From assembly GCA_964631205.1 (NCBI GenBank), contig CAZVWU010000005.1, positions 19,711 to 83,710 on the forward strand: DNA of 64,000 nt, in the 5' to 3' direction. Shown here in pieces: positions 27,588 to 36,254 of the stretch. Source of the stretch: an uncultured archaeon (lineage in GTDB: Archaea > Aenigmatarchaeota > Aenigmatarchaeia > QMZP01 > JACQNV01). The notes below the pieces were generated by a model, which did not search any database, was not told where the DNA came from, and worked only from the letters and a program-made list of their open reading frames with translations. Numbering within the stretch: position 1 is the stretch's first letter; every line of letters starts with the position of its first letter. The translations under genes were made by a program, and so were the position numbers.

Positions 27588-28691
27588 TTATTCACAACCT
27601 TTGGTTTTCAATTCAGAATAAATGCCGCTGACTTCATCCATCAGACCCAAAAATTTTTCCATTTCAGCTGGATTGTTATAGTTCTGCAAATCTATGACTG
27701 AAGAGATGAAAGTCTTGAACTCCCCGCCCATTTTTTGCTTGAGTTTATTATAAAGCGGCGTGCAGTCTTGTTTTTTGAGCTCTGGATCTGAAAAAGCGTC
27801 TGCTAGAACCTGCGCTCTCCTAGCTTCTTGTTTTGCAAAAGAAAGAAGGTTTTCAAACATCATTTTATTTTTAAATTTATAATGGTCTACACCACCGACA
27901 AGGACAGCTAACACATCCAATGGGTCCTTGTAAACTAGCCTGTACTCTGCAGATCTGCCTTCCCTGTCTGACGATTTAAACAATATCGCCCCGATTCTTC
28001 CTTGGGCAGGCGTCCTCAGCACAATCCCATTCTCCGGTATTGGGAGGTCTGCAGGCGAGATTATGATTTTAGTTTTTGGCGGCTGGAATTCGGCAGTGCA
28101 AAAGCTTAGCTTTAAATCTTGGGGGGATTTTGTCCTTACGATTCCTTTGATTGGCCTTATAAAATCGTCCCTGCTTTTGCTCACAAGCTCTGAATCCCCA
28201 TTGCAAAAGCCAAAGGAGACAACAGGGTCAATTGATTGCGGGAATAATTCTGTTATATTGTTGATTATTGAGTAATGTTCTAGTGAGTAGTCTGTGATCC
28301 CATAAAATATCTTTGTTTCAGGAAGGGCTCCCACGAAATCCTGCTTCCAGAAGCCATAGCTTAAAGACCCTTTGTAAACAGAAAGTTTTTCTCCCGGCTT
28401 GAAGAAAAACAGTATGGAAGGGTTCACTGAAACGCCGGCACCTTCTGAAATAAAGGGCGGCGGAGCCAGAAGAGGCGGCTTTTTTAGCCTGATTTCTGCA
28501 GGAACATTATAGATGTATGTATCCTCTATTAGATTTTTCAAGTTTTTATATTCTTGAACCTCAGCTGATTTTGTTTCAGTGACAGAGTATACCCCTGCAA
28601 ATTGCAGCATGAAATAAAGGAAAAATGAGGCGATTATCAAACCCAAGATTATTTTGAATGCCTCAAAAACGCTCAACGCCATAAGCATCAC
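27588..28691 (-). CDS. Membrane-anchored pilin-cluster hypothetical protein
   Basis: N-terminal LSVFEAFKIILGLIIASFFLYF anchor; AGGAG upstream; located in the pilin cluster. Confidence 0.65.
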   Translation of the reverse strand: MMLMALSVFEAFKIILGLIIASFFLYFMLQFAGVYSVTETKSAEVQEYKNLKNLIEDTYIYNVPAEIRLKKPPLLAPPPFISEGAGVSVNPSILFFFKPGEKLSVYKGSLSYGFWKQDFVGALPETKIFYGITDYSLEHYSIINNITELFPQSIDPVVSFGFCNGDSELVSKSRDDFIRPIKGIVRTKSPQDLKLSFCTAEFQPPKTKIIISPADLPIPENGIVLRTPAQGRIGAILFKSSDREGRSAEYRLVYKDPLDVLAVLVGGVDHYKFKNKMMFENLLSFAKQEARRAQVLADAFSDPELKKQDCTPLYNKLKQKMGGEFKTFISSVIDLQNYNNPAEMEKFLGLMDEVSGIYSELKTKGCE

Positions 28692-28705
28692 TGGTCTCCT
28701 ATAGG

Positions 28706-28802
28706 GGCTTTACTTCCACATAGCCGCCTTTGTTTGCACTTCTTTTCTGAAGAAAAGACCTGCACTAGAAAGGCTTTACTTCCACATAGCCGCCTTTGTT
28801 TG
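28706..28802. repeat. Inverted H1 element between perfect 31-bp direct repeats
   Basis: GGCTTTACTTCCACATAGCCGCCTTTGTTTG at 28706-28736 and 28772-28802; between them CACTTCTTTTCTGAAGAAAAGACCTGCACTAGAAA. Confidence 0.92.
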
Positions 28803-29244
28803 TCAGTAAAAGATTGTATGTTGAGGTTATGCAGAAATTGGCTTCTGGTTTCATCTTTTCTATAGCGACCCCCTTTATTCCTTTATCCCGTCTGAGGTAA
28901 ATGAGAGAATATTTGTTTGCCTTTATCAAATCCTGGTAATCATACTCGTCTATCCAGCCTTTTGCCGGGTTATCCCTAGGATCTTCTGGATCTAAAAAGC
29001 AGGCCCTTTCCACATTATAGCCTAAAAAGAAATTGAATGTCTCCTTAGAGCCTGTTGTTGACCAGAAGATGCCTGTCTTCTTTTCCTTGCTGTAAACAGC
29101 CAATTCAAATTCCTTTGCTTGCCTGTCCAGCTGCACTTCTTCCCCAAGGCCGAAAAATCTCATTATGAGTGTAATTCCCCCTGTCAGGAGAAACCCAACT
29201 ACTATTATGACAAAAATAAATACAAACACCAAAGATATGTCCAT
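28765..29244 (-). CDS. Pilin-like membrane-anchored hypothetical protein
   Basis: MDISLVFVFIFVIIVVGFLL; RACF..NFCI Cys pair; stop codon supplied by H1. Confidence 0.65.
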   Translation of the reverse strand: MDISLVFVFIFVIIVVGFLLTGGITLIMRFFGLGEEVQLDRQAKEFELAVYSKEKKTGIFWSTTGSKETFNFFLGYNVERACFLDPEDPRDNPAKGWIDEYDYQDLIKANKYSLIYLRRDKGIKGVAIEKMKPEANFCITSTYNLLLTNKGGYVEVKPF

Positions 29245-29357
29245 CTTTATAATTGTTTATTCAAGTTAAAATATACTGTCAAGACTAGAAAAGAAGAATT
29301 GCTTTGCATCTTGGAAGATTGACAGAAAGAAAAAGTGCAAAGAAGTGCAATCATCGG

Positions 29358-29406
29358 TTTTCTAGTGCAGGTCTTTTTGACCAATTGAACAGGGAAAGAA
29401 GTGCTA
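29358..29406 (+). repeat. Hairpin element H1
   Basis: TTTTCTAGTGCAGGTCTTTTT...GGGAAAGAAGTGCTA; terminal CTA is the stop of 29404..29970. Confidence 0.85.
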
Positions 29407-29970
29407 CTCTATGTTTAAAACAAAGATTTTGCTGCAGTCTTCTGGGAAGGATGTTGCTGTTGCGTTCACACGCTCGCATGTCGCGGAATCCTTGACCAGA
29501 CTGCTTTTGCCTGACTTGAACTCAAACTGGAACTTCCCTATGTCTGTATCTGGGGGAACTTTCATAACTATTGGTATATCTCTGATGTCCCCAGCCCTTA
29601 TCCAAATTGTCTGCACATAATCAAACCATGCTATAGCTTGTGTTAGAGGCCTTTGCCCGACTGCCCTAAAACTAAGTTTATAACAAGCGTCACCGGGCCC
29701 TTTATTGTTTATCAATATTTTAAACTGGTTTTCAGCGTCCCTTTTAGCTGAGGCTTCATCCCCTGTTGTCAGGACACAGCTTTTAGTCGGGTCTTTTTTA
29801 AGTGTGTCTGAGAGGTCTTGTATAGCTTGCTCAGTGACCTGGATCCCTATTGTATTGATATTTTTGAACAGGTTTCGTATAAATCCTGTTCCTAAAGTTA
29901 AAATTAGCACAGCTATCACAATGATTATCACAAATTCAATTCCGATGTTTATGCCTTTTTTTTGAGCCAT
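29404..29970 (-). CDS. Type IV pilin-like (class III signal peptide) protein
   Basis: MAQKKG/INIGIEFVIIIVIAVLIL. Confidence 0.75.
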   Translation of the reverse strand: MAQKKGINIGIEFVIIIVIAVLILTLGTGFIRNLFKNINTIGIQVTEQAIQDLSDTLKKDPTKSCVLTTGDEASAKRDAENQFKILINNKGPGDACYKLSFRAVGQRPLTQAIAWFDYVQTIWIRAGDIRDIPIVMKVPPDTDIGKFQFEFKSGKSSLVKDSATCERVNATATSFPEDCSKIFVLNIE

Positions 29971-30092
29971 ATTATTGGTAACTGTTTTCTTTTGGTTATA
30001 CCTTTTCTTTTGGGAAAAAGAAAGGGTATATGTTTATGCCTTTTTTTTGAGCCATATTATTGGTAACTGTTTTCTTTTGGTTATACCTTTTC
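29945..30092. repeat. Perfect 63-bp direct repeat (period 85) around an H2 hairpin
   Basis: 29945-30007 equals 30030-30092; TATACCTTTTCTTTT/AAAAAGAAAGGGTATA stem. Confidence 0.92.
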
Positions 30093-30142
30093 GACTCAGG
30101 CGGACATAGGTCTTTATACAATTACCTAGACCTTTTTCGTCC
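30093..30142 (+). repeat. Hairpin element H5
   Basis: GACTCAGGCGGACATAGGTCT..AGACCTTTTTCGTCC resembles GGCTTCAGCTGGAAATAGGTTT..AGACCTATTTCGTCC at 23503-23557. Confidence 0.6.
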
Positions 30143-30240
30143 CTCTAATGGGTAATAATTAGCTCAGGTTGTTTATATATAATTTATTATACGAGATGCC
30201 GAATTATCAAAACTGTGATAAAACACAATGCAGTATAAAA

Positions 30241-33200
30241 TCAACGCCCTTTACCCCTGCCTTTGGCTTTTATTTTTTTCGCTGGTTCTTTTGGTTCCTT
30301 TTTATCTAGTGGAGCTTTTACAGTAATATAATCTTTTAGGTCTGCCAGTTCTGTGCTTACAGGCGCCTCTTTTTCTGCCTTAACATCCACTTTCGGCCTT
30401 CTCGAATAGAAGAAGATTATTATAATGATTATTATTATCCCGAGCATGATGCCTATCTGGGAAGAGTATGCTGTAATTAGGCCTGTCGCTGGAGTTGTTG
30501 GTTGGGTTGTCTGGTTTGCAGTAGGCGCTGGTGTTGGAGGTTGAGGTGACGCCGTTGGGGGTGTTGCCTCTTCAGCAGGCTTTGGTTTTGTTGTTGCGAC
30601 AAATACAGAAAATCCCGGAGTTGTGACGACAAATTCCGCTGAGCCGCCTGTTTTCAAAGCCCATTTTGGATCAGGCAGCTGATTCCATGTTTTATTTGAA
30701 AATCTAAGGAATATTATCTCTGATGGTGGCGAATTTAACATCTCATCTTTTCTCATTGTTATTGTGAAATTTGCTTGTGATATCTTGCCTCTCAGGTTTT
30801 CTGAAGCTATTAGCTGAAACACCTTTAAAGCTTTCTGGCCTGCTCCAGGAAGAGGCTTTAATCCTTGGCCATAATCGTCTGCTATCGGCATCCCTTTCAG
30901 CGCTCTCATCTCTACATAGGCTGCTACTGAACTGACCACTTCATCTGTTTCTAAAATGATTTTGCTTATTCCTGCTTTTTCTGATATTTCCTGGGAGATT
31001 ATCAGCTCTATCGGTGTATATGGCAAGAAATCCCTGGGGTAGGTTAGTAATTGTGAAGCTATGACATTTAATTCAGATGCCGAAATTACATAAGATACGC
31101 CACCGACTCCACCACCGTCTCCACTTCCACCGCCTCCTCCACTAGAGGATCCACCACCAGCTGCAGAGGCTACTGTTATTGTTATTGTAGCTGTTGTGCT
31201 GTTGCTCAAGCCGAAAATATCAATTGCAGTGTAAGTTACAACAAATGTTCCGGTGGAGGTGTAGGTTTTTACTGGGTTTGCGGCTGTGGATGTTGTTCCA
31301 TCGCCAAAGTTCCATAAGTGTGAAATCCTGTCTCCAAGGACGCCAGGTATATTCGGGTCTGTTGCGGCGCTTGTAAATGTTATTTCTTGCCCAATGGTTG
31401 CTGAGTTTGTTGAAACAGTAAATCTTGCAACTGGCGGGAAATTCACCAAAGAAGCCAAGTTGCCTTGCCCGCTTGCAGAGGCATTGTATATAGTCCCATT
31501 TGACAATGCCAGCGTGCCATTAAATATTATATTGTTTGTAATATTTGCGCTATTTACAACTGTGTTCACCAGCGTCGAATTTATAACTGTGCTTCTTGTT
31601 ATTGTAACGTTTGTTAAGATATTTGCCAGGTTAAGGCTGCTATTTGTTATTGTGCAATTTGTCAGCGTGCTGCCGATTGCATTGCTGTCTGCTAAGGAGC
31701 AGAGATTAAGCGTGCTTGCAGCGACTGTCCCATTAATCAGGATCCCGGCTATCAGGAAGGAATTGTTGAGGGATGAATTTGTTAAGGTAGAGTTTGTGAT
31801 TGTTGAACTTGTCACGCTTGAGCTTGCGAGTGTTGAGTTAGTTACTGAGCTGGCTGTGACATTTGAAGACGTGCTCGTGCTGAATGTGACATTTGAGTTT
31901 ATAACTGAGCCGCCGCTGATTGAGCTTCCTGTTATATTGCTTGGGTCAACAACAGTATTAACAAAGGAGCAGGGAGAGGTTGCTGTTGTATCAGATATAT
32001 TGCTGTTCACAATATTGCATCCGTTAAGGACGCTGTTCCTGATAGAACTTAACCTCCCTGTGACGCTATTAAGGGTGCTTGAATTCACAGTTGAGTTTGT
32101 CATCACACTTGAGGCTATGCTGTTTGTGCCAATCAAGGTTGTGAAGTCGAGTATGTTCACGAGATTGTAAACAAGGTCTGTATTGGCCGTTGAGTTTTCG
32201 CCTGTGCATGCAAGGCTAACATTTTTAAAACCAAAAGGAGTTGTTAGCAGACCTATCTGTGCGCTGTGGACTGTTGTGCCTGCTCCCTGAAAACTGTTTG
32301 CCATGGAGTTGAAATCTGTATCTGAGAAAGACCATCTGCATGTATCGGTTACTGATGTGTTAAAGGTTAGAGTGAAGAAGCTTGTTTGTACAGTTGACCT
32401 GTTTGCCGGGTTAAAGCTGCTTTTTACTGAAGGCCCACCGCCCCCTCCCCCTCCACTAGCTGTAACTGCTATCCCTATCGCTGCTGAAGTGGTTGAAGCC
32501 CCCAAATTGTCTGTTGCAACTGTTGTAAGCGAGTATGTGCCTGCTGCCAGATTATTGACTGCCTGTGAGAATGGGGCTGTTGTGTCCTCGCCGAGTTTTG
32601 TTGCGCCCTGGAAGAATTCAACTTTGGCAACTGTCCCATCAGGATCAGTTGCTGTGGCCTCTATTGTGAATGTTGCAGGGGCTGTGAATGTTGCTCCTGC
32701 TGCTGGGTTGGTTATGCTGGCTGTTGGAGGCTGGTTCCTGTTATCAACAGCAAAGCTGTTTGTCGCCACAGCTGTCCCTGCTGTTGTATCAGATGGGGTT
32801 ATCCTTATCCTGACCTGATTATTAACTGCTGATGCCGCAACGCCGTCTGCCACTGAGTTCCAGACAAATGTGTGCGCTATACCTGTAGGCGAAGTTGTCA
32901 GGCCTGTTACGCCATCCCCGCCTGTTCCTCTAGTTGCTGCACTAAAGGTTGCCCCATTGTCTGCTGAGAGCTGGACATTAACTGAAGCTGTGTTGCTTTC
33001 TGGGTCTATTAGGTTATAGCTGATTGTTATGTTGCCTCTCTGGGTTCCTGCAGGCGTGGTTATTGTTGCTGAAGGCGGTGTGTTGGCTTGCGCGCCGCCT
33101 GTTGGTGTTGCTGACACTTCAATTGAGTTGAAGATCGACCCTTCTCCTGCTAGATTAACTGCAGTGACTTTATAGAATACCTTCTGGCCGTTTGCAAGGC

Positions 33201-34362
33201 CTGTGTCCTGGAATGTCAGGACATTTCCAACTGTTGTTACCAGAGCCTTGTTAGTTGAAGTTGTGCCCCTGTATATTTTATAGTTTGTTACCGTGGCTCC
33301 GCCGTTGTTTGCAGGAGCCTGCCATGTGAGTGTTACCTGACCATTACCAGCCTGGACTGCCAGGTTCTGGGGTGCAGATGGGAGCCGGATCAGGACAGGA
33401 ACTGGGAGTGTTGGCAATGTGGCTATTTCGAATGTTACGGTTGAGAAAAATGATTTAGCTGTGATTGTATATCCGCGGCTTAAAAGGTCTATTGTCTGGC
33501 CTTGGTTTATAAATTGGTTTGCAAGCTGGTTGCTATTTGAATCGGTAACAAGCACTTGCACGCCCCCCACTATTCCTGAGGTTAGCTGAAGCTTGTCATT
33601 CCCTGGCAATATAACTAAAGACCCTGGGGGTACTGTAAGCTCGGTTTTTGTTGTTGCGGGTGCAGGTGTTGCCGCTATTTCATTGCTTCTTGCACTTTCA
33701 CCCACAGAGTTTACAGCAGTGATTTCATAGAACACCTGCTGATTATTTGTGACGCCAATGTCTGCGAAAGTAAGGATGTTTCCTATTGTTGCTATCAAAA
33801 GCTTGTTTGCTGAAGCTGTGCCCCTATACACATTATAGTTAATTATTGCTGCTCCGCCATTGTCTGCAGGAGCCTGCCATGTGAGTGTTACCTGACCATT
33901 ACCAGCCTGGACTGCCAGGTTCTGGGGTGCAGATGGGGCTGAGACTTGGCCTGGGACAGAAACTTCAAGGGTTGCTTCTGACACCATGCTTAATCCAGGA
34001 AAGAGCTTAATTGCTGCTACTTTTATTGTCAAGGAGGTGCCGTCTATCAGGTTCACGGTTTTTGTTTCCCCCAAAAATATTATAGCAGGACTAGCTATGA
34101 CACCAGCTGGGCTGGAGACATAATGCAGGTATTGACCATTAAGGTTTCTTATGTCAAGCCATATTTGATTGGTAATTCCATCAATTGTTTGGAGCGATAG
34201 AAGATAATTCCCAAAAGTTGTGGATGTTGACCCGCCGACTGTCACTGTTGTTGGTGCTGACTGGGCAATAGCCATGCCCAAAAGCAAAATCAAAGCTGCA
34301 GAGAAATAGGCGGTCGCTCGCTTGGTATTCTTAAAATCTCTGCGCATTCTCCTTTCTTCCAT
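30241..34362 (-). CDS. Giant surface glycoprotein: 2 FN3, Ig-like, Ser/Thr/Asn beta-solenoid, PKD, PGF-pre-PGF domain, C-terminal TM
   Basis: PSAPQNL..GNGQVTLTW.AP...Y.VTAVN (twice); WNFGDG PKD motif; TTPGFSVF; TM then basic tail. Confidence 0.85.
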   Translation of the reverse strand: MEERRMRRDFKNTKRATAYFSAALILLLGMAIAQSAPTTVTVGGSTSTTFGNYLLSLQTIDGITNQIWLDIRNLNGQYLHYVSSPAGVIASPAIIFLGETKTVNLIDGTSLTIKVAAIKLFPGLSMVSEATLEVSVPGQVSAPSAPQNLAVQAGNGQVTLTWQAPADNGGAAIINYNVYRGTASANKLLIATIGNILTFADIGVTNNQQVFYEITAVNSVGESARSNEIAATPAPATTKTELTVPPGSLVILPGNDKLQLTSGIVGGVQVLVTDSNSNQLANQFINQGQTIDLLSRGYTITAKSFFSTVTFEIATLPTLPVPVLIRLPSAPQNLAVQAGNGQVTLTWQAPANNGGATVTNYKIYRGTTSTNKALVTTVGNVLTFQDTGLANGQKVFYKVTAVNLAGEGSIFNSIEVSATPTGGAQANTPPSATITTPAGTQRGNITISYNLIDPESNTASVNVQLSADNGATFSAATRGTGGDGVTGLTTSPTGIAHTFVWNSVADGVAASAVNNQVRIRITPSDTTAGTAVATNSFAVDNRNQPPTASITNPAAGATFTAPATFTIEATATDPDGTVAKVEFFQGATKLGEDTTAPFSQAVNNLAAGTYSLTTVATDNLGASTTSAAIGIAVTASGGGGGGGPSVKSSFNPANRSTVQTSFFTLTFNTSVTDTCRWSFSDTDFNSMANSFQGAGTTVHSAQIGLLTTPFGFKNVSLACTGENSTANTDLVYNLVNILDFTTLIGTNSIASSVMTNSTVNSSTLNSVTGRLSSIRNSVLNGCNIVNSNISDTTATSPCSFVNTVVDPSNITGSSISGGSVINSNVTFSTSTSSNVTASSVTNSTLASSSVTSSTITNSTLTNSSLNNSFLIAGILINGTVAASTLNLCSLADSNAIGSTLTNCTITNSSLNLANILTNVTITRSTVINSTLVNTVVNSANITNNIIFNGTLALSNGTIYNASASGQGNLASLVNFPPVARFTVSTNSATIGQEITFTSAATDPNIPGVLGDRISHLWNFGDGTTSTAANPVKTYTSTGTFVVTYTAIDIFGLSNSTTATITITVASAAGGGSSSGGGGGSGDGGGVGGVSYVISASELNVIASQLLTYPRDFLPYTPIELIISQEISEKAGISKIILETDEVVSSVAAYVEMRALKGMPIADDYGQGLKPLPGAGQKALKVFQLIASENLRGKISQANFTITMRKDEMLNSPPSEIIFLRFSNKTWNQLPDPKWALKTGGSAEFVVTTPGFSVFVATTKPKPAEEATPPTASPQPPTPAPTANQTTQPTTPATGLITAYSSQIGIMLGIIIIIIIIFFYSRRPKVDVKAEKEAPVSTELADLKDYITVKAPLDKKEPKEPAKKIKAKGRGKGR
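33310..33937. repeat. Identical 73-bp repeat at the starts of the two FN3 domains
   Basis: 33310-33382 equals 33865-33937. Confidence 0.9.
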
Positions 34363-34475
34363 AAAAAGTCTATTGGCTCTCCCACTCCGAATTTAATAAT
34401 AGTTATAAGTTTTATAAACTGATTGGTAAGCAGGGCAAGTTTTATAAAGCTATCCTGCTTTTCGGTATTTTGGTT

Positions 34476-34535
34476 TTTTCTAGTGCAGGGCACCTTTTTA
34501 CGAAAAAGTTGCACCAAAAATGGAAAGAAGTGCTA
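34476..34535 (+). repeat. Hairpin element H1 with nested TTTTGG-tailed hairpin
   Basis: TTTTCTAGTGCAGG GCACCTTTTT ACG AAAAAGTTGC ACCAAAAA TGGAAAGAAGTGCTA; the CTA is the Hef helicase stop. Confidence 0.8.
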
Positions 34536-36197
34536 TTTCGAAGGAATTTGTGGATTTAGGCTTTTCTGCTGCATCCCATAAAGGATCCATTTCATCTTTT
34601 TCTCTTTGTTTAGAGATGACCAGTGGTAAGCCTCGTCCCTTGTGCCTTTTGTTATCAGGACAATGATTTTGCCGATTTTGGACCTGCCAACACGGCCTCT
34701 CCTCTGTATGCTTCTTATTTCGGATGGCGCAGGTTCGTAAAAGATCGCGATGTCGGCATCAGCCACATGCAGGCCTTCCTCCCCGATTGAAGTGCAGACT
34801 AATACATTGTAAACCCCTGACTTAAAATCCTCGAGCCGCTGGATCTGCTCTTTTTGGGTGAGGCCTTTTTTTACTTCTTGGATTGGTTTATCCTGAGGTT
34901 GCATATCTACTGCTTTTTGAAAATCAGTATTTAGTTTTTTATTTTCTTCTTTTTGATTAACGTTTTTCTTGAAACGGTTATTTACTTGCTTATTTTCAGA
35001 TCCCCTTTTCCCTTGGCCGATAAATTCGACAGGCCTTGAGCCCTCTATTTTTCCCAATGCCGATGCTATGTGGCTTACAGTGTCCCTGTATGTGGCGAAG
35101 ACTATTATTTTTGAGCCCTTTCTCTGGTTTACCTCTGCAGATACTATACTGCAGAGCTTGCTCATTTTTGGGTGCTTGTAGCCTTCCTCGAAAAGGCTGT
35201 TTGTCAGCCACATTGCATTTGAAATTGTTTTGTCTTTTACAAGGGCTATCGAATACCTTGATTTGTCTTCCCTTACTTTTTTCCAATAGTTTTCTAAAAT
35301 GGGGATTCCCTGGGTCTCTAGAAGGCCGATCGCATGCTCTATTTTTATTGCAGGCAGGGCAAGTGAGAGCCCTATGAAGGCGTCCCTGTTCCCTGCTTTT
35401 ATTTTTGCCATCAGGTTGCTTTGCAGAAGAAGCAGGTCTTTTTTTGTTGGATTTTTTCTTTTTAAAAGCCACATTTTCCTGAGGGTTTCTATCCTTTGGT
35501 AATAGGCAGACTTTAGAAGAGTCCTTATTCTGTCAAAATTTTCTGGAAGCTCAACACTGACCCATCCTATTTCCTTTTCGTTTATGTAGGGCTTGACATC
35601 CTCATCTTCTTCTGTCCGTATCTCGATTGCATCAAGGCCTGTATTTTTGCAGATTTCTTCTATCTTCCCTTTATCTGCGCCGGGGGAAGCTGTTAACCCC
35701 AGTATTTTTGGGTTTTTTGCTTGCGCCAGATAGGTTTTTGCAATAAATGGATAGGCATAATCGCCAATTGCATGGTGGACTTCATCCAAAACCAGCAGGC
35801 TGAATTCCTTCAAGTTGAGCCTGTTTTCCTCAAGATCATTTTTAATTGTTTGCGGGGTTGCGAAGACCAGTTTTTTGTTTTTGTAGATTTCTTCCCTTTT
35901 CTCTGGGCTTATTACTCCTGTTATAACTACAAAAAGGGTCTCGTCAATATTTAGGAAATTTAAAAAAGATTTATAATGCTGGTTTACAAGGGGCCTTGTA
36001 GGCGCCATTATTAATATTTTGGAGCTCTGGTTTTCATTCAGCCTGTGGGCTGCTAATAAGGCCGCTATGGGCGTTTTACCTAAACCAGTTGGAAGCACGC
36101 ACAGAATATTTTTATTCAAGGCAGAAGCTAAAACCGATTGCTGATAGGCTCTTGATTCGATTGAGTCTGGCTTGATTAAGGGATGCGAGACGTACAT
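34533..36197 (-). CDS. hef: Hef/FANCM-like SF2 helicase lacking the nuclease domain
   Basis: IESRAYQ, LPTGLGKT, DEVHHA, LTASPG, HPK, GLTQKEQ, TSIGEEGL, IQRRGRVGR, DEAYHW. Confidence 0.9.
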   Translation of the reverse strand: MYVSHPLIKPDSIESRAYQQSVLASALNKNILCVLPTGLGKTPIAALLAAHRLNENQSSKILIMAPTRPLVNQHYKSFLNFLNIDETLFVVITGVISPEKREEIYKNKKLVFATPQTIKNDLEENRLNLKEFSLLVLDEVHHAIGDYAYPFIAKTYLAQAKNPKILGLTASPGADKGKIEEICKNTGLDAIEIRTEEDEDVKPYINEKEIGWVSVELPENFDRIRTLLKSAYYQRIETLRKMWLLKRKNPTKKDLLLLQSNLMAKIKAGNRDAFIGLSLALPAIKIEHAIGLLETQGIPILENYWKKVREDKSRYSIALVKDKTISNAMWLTNSLFEEGYKHPKMSKLCSIVSAEVNQRKGSKIIVFATYRDTVSHIASALGKIEGSRPVEFIGQGKRGSENKQVNNRFKKNVNQKEENKKLNTDFQKAVDMQPQDKPIQEVKKGLTQKEQIQRLEDFKSGVYNVLVCTSIGEEGLHVADADIAIFYEPAPSEIRSIQRRGRVGRSKIGKIIVLITKGTRDEAYHWSSLNKEKKMKWILYGMQQKSLNPQIPSK

Positions 36198-36254
36198 ATC
36201 GCTTAAGAATTAGCATATAGGAGTTTAAATTAAAAGTAGGAAATTAAAAACAAA

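Noticed and set aside
34870..35000. Intein in the Hef helicase
   Set aside because: Too short and lacks splice-junction residues
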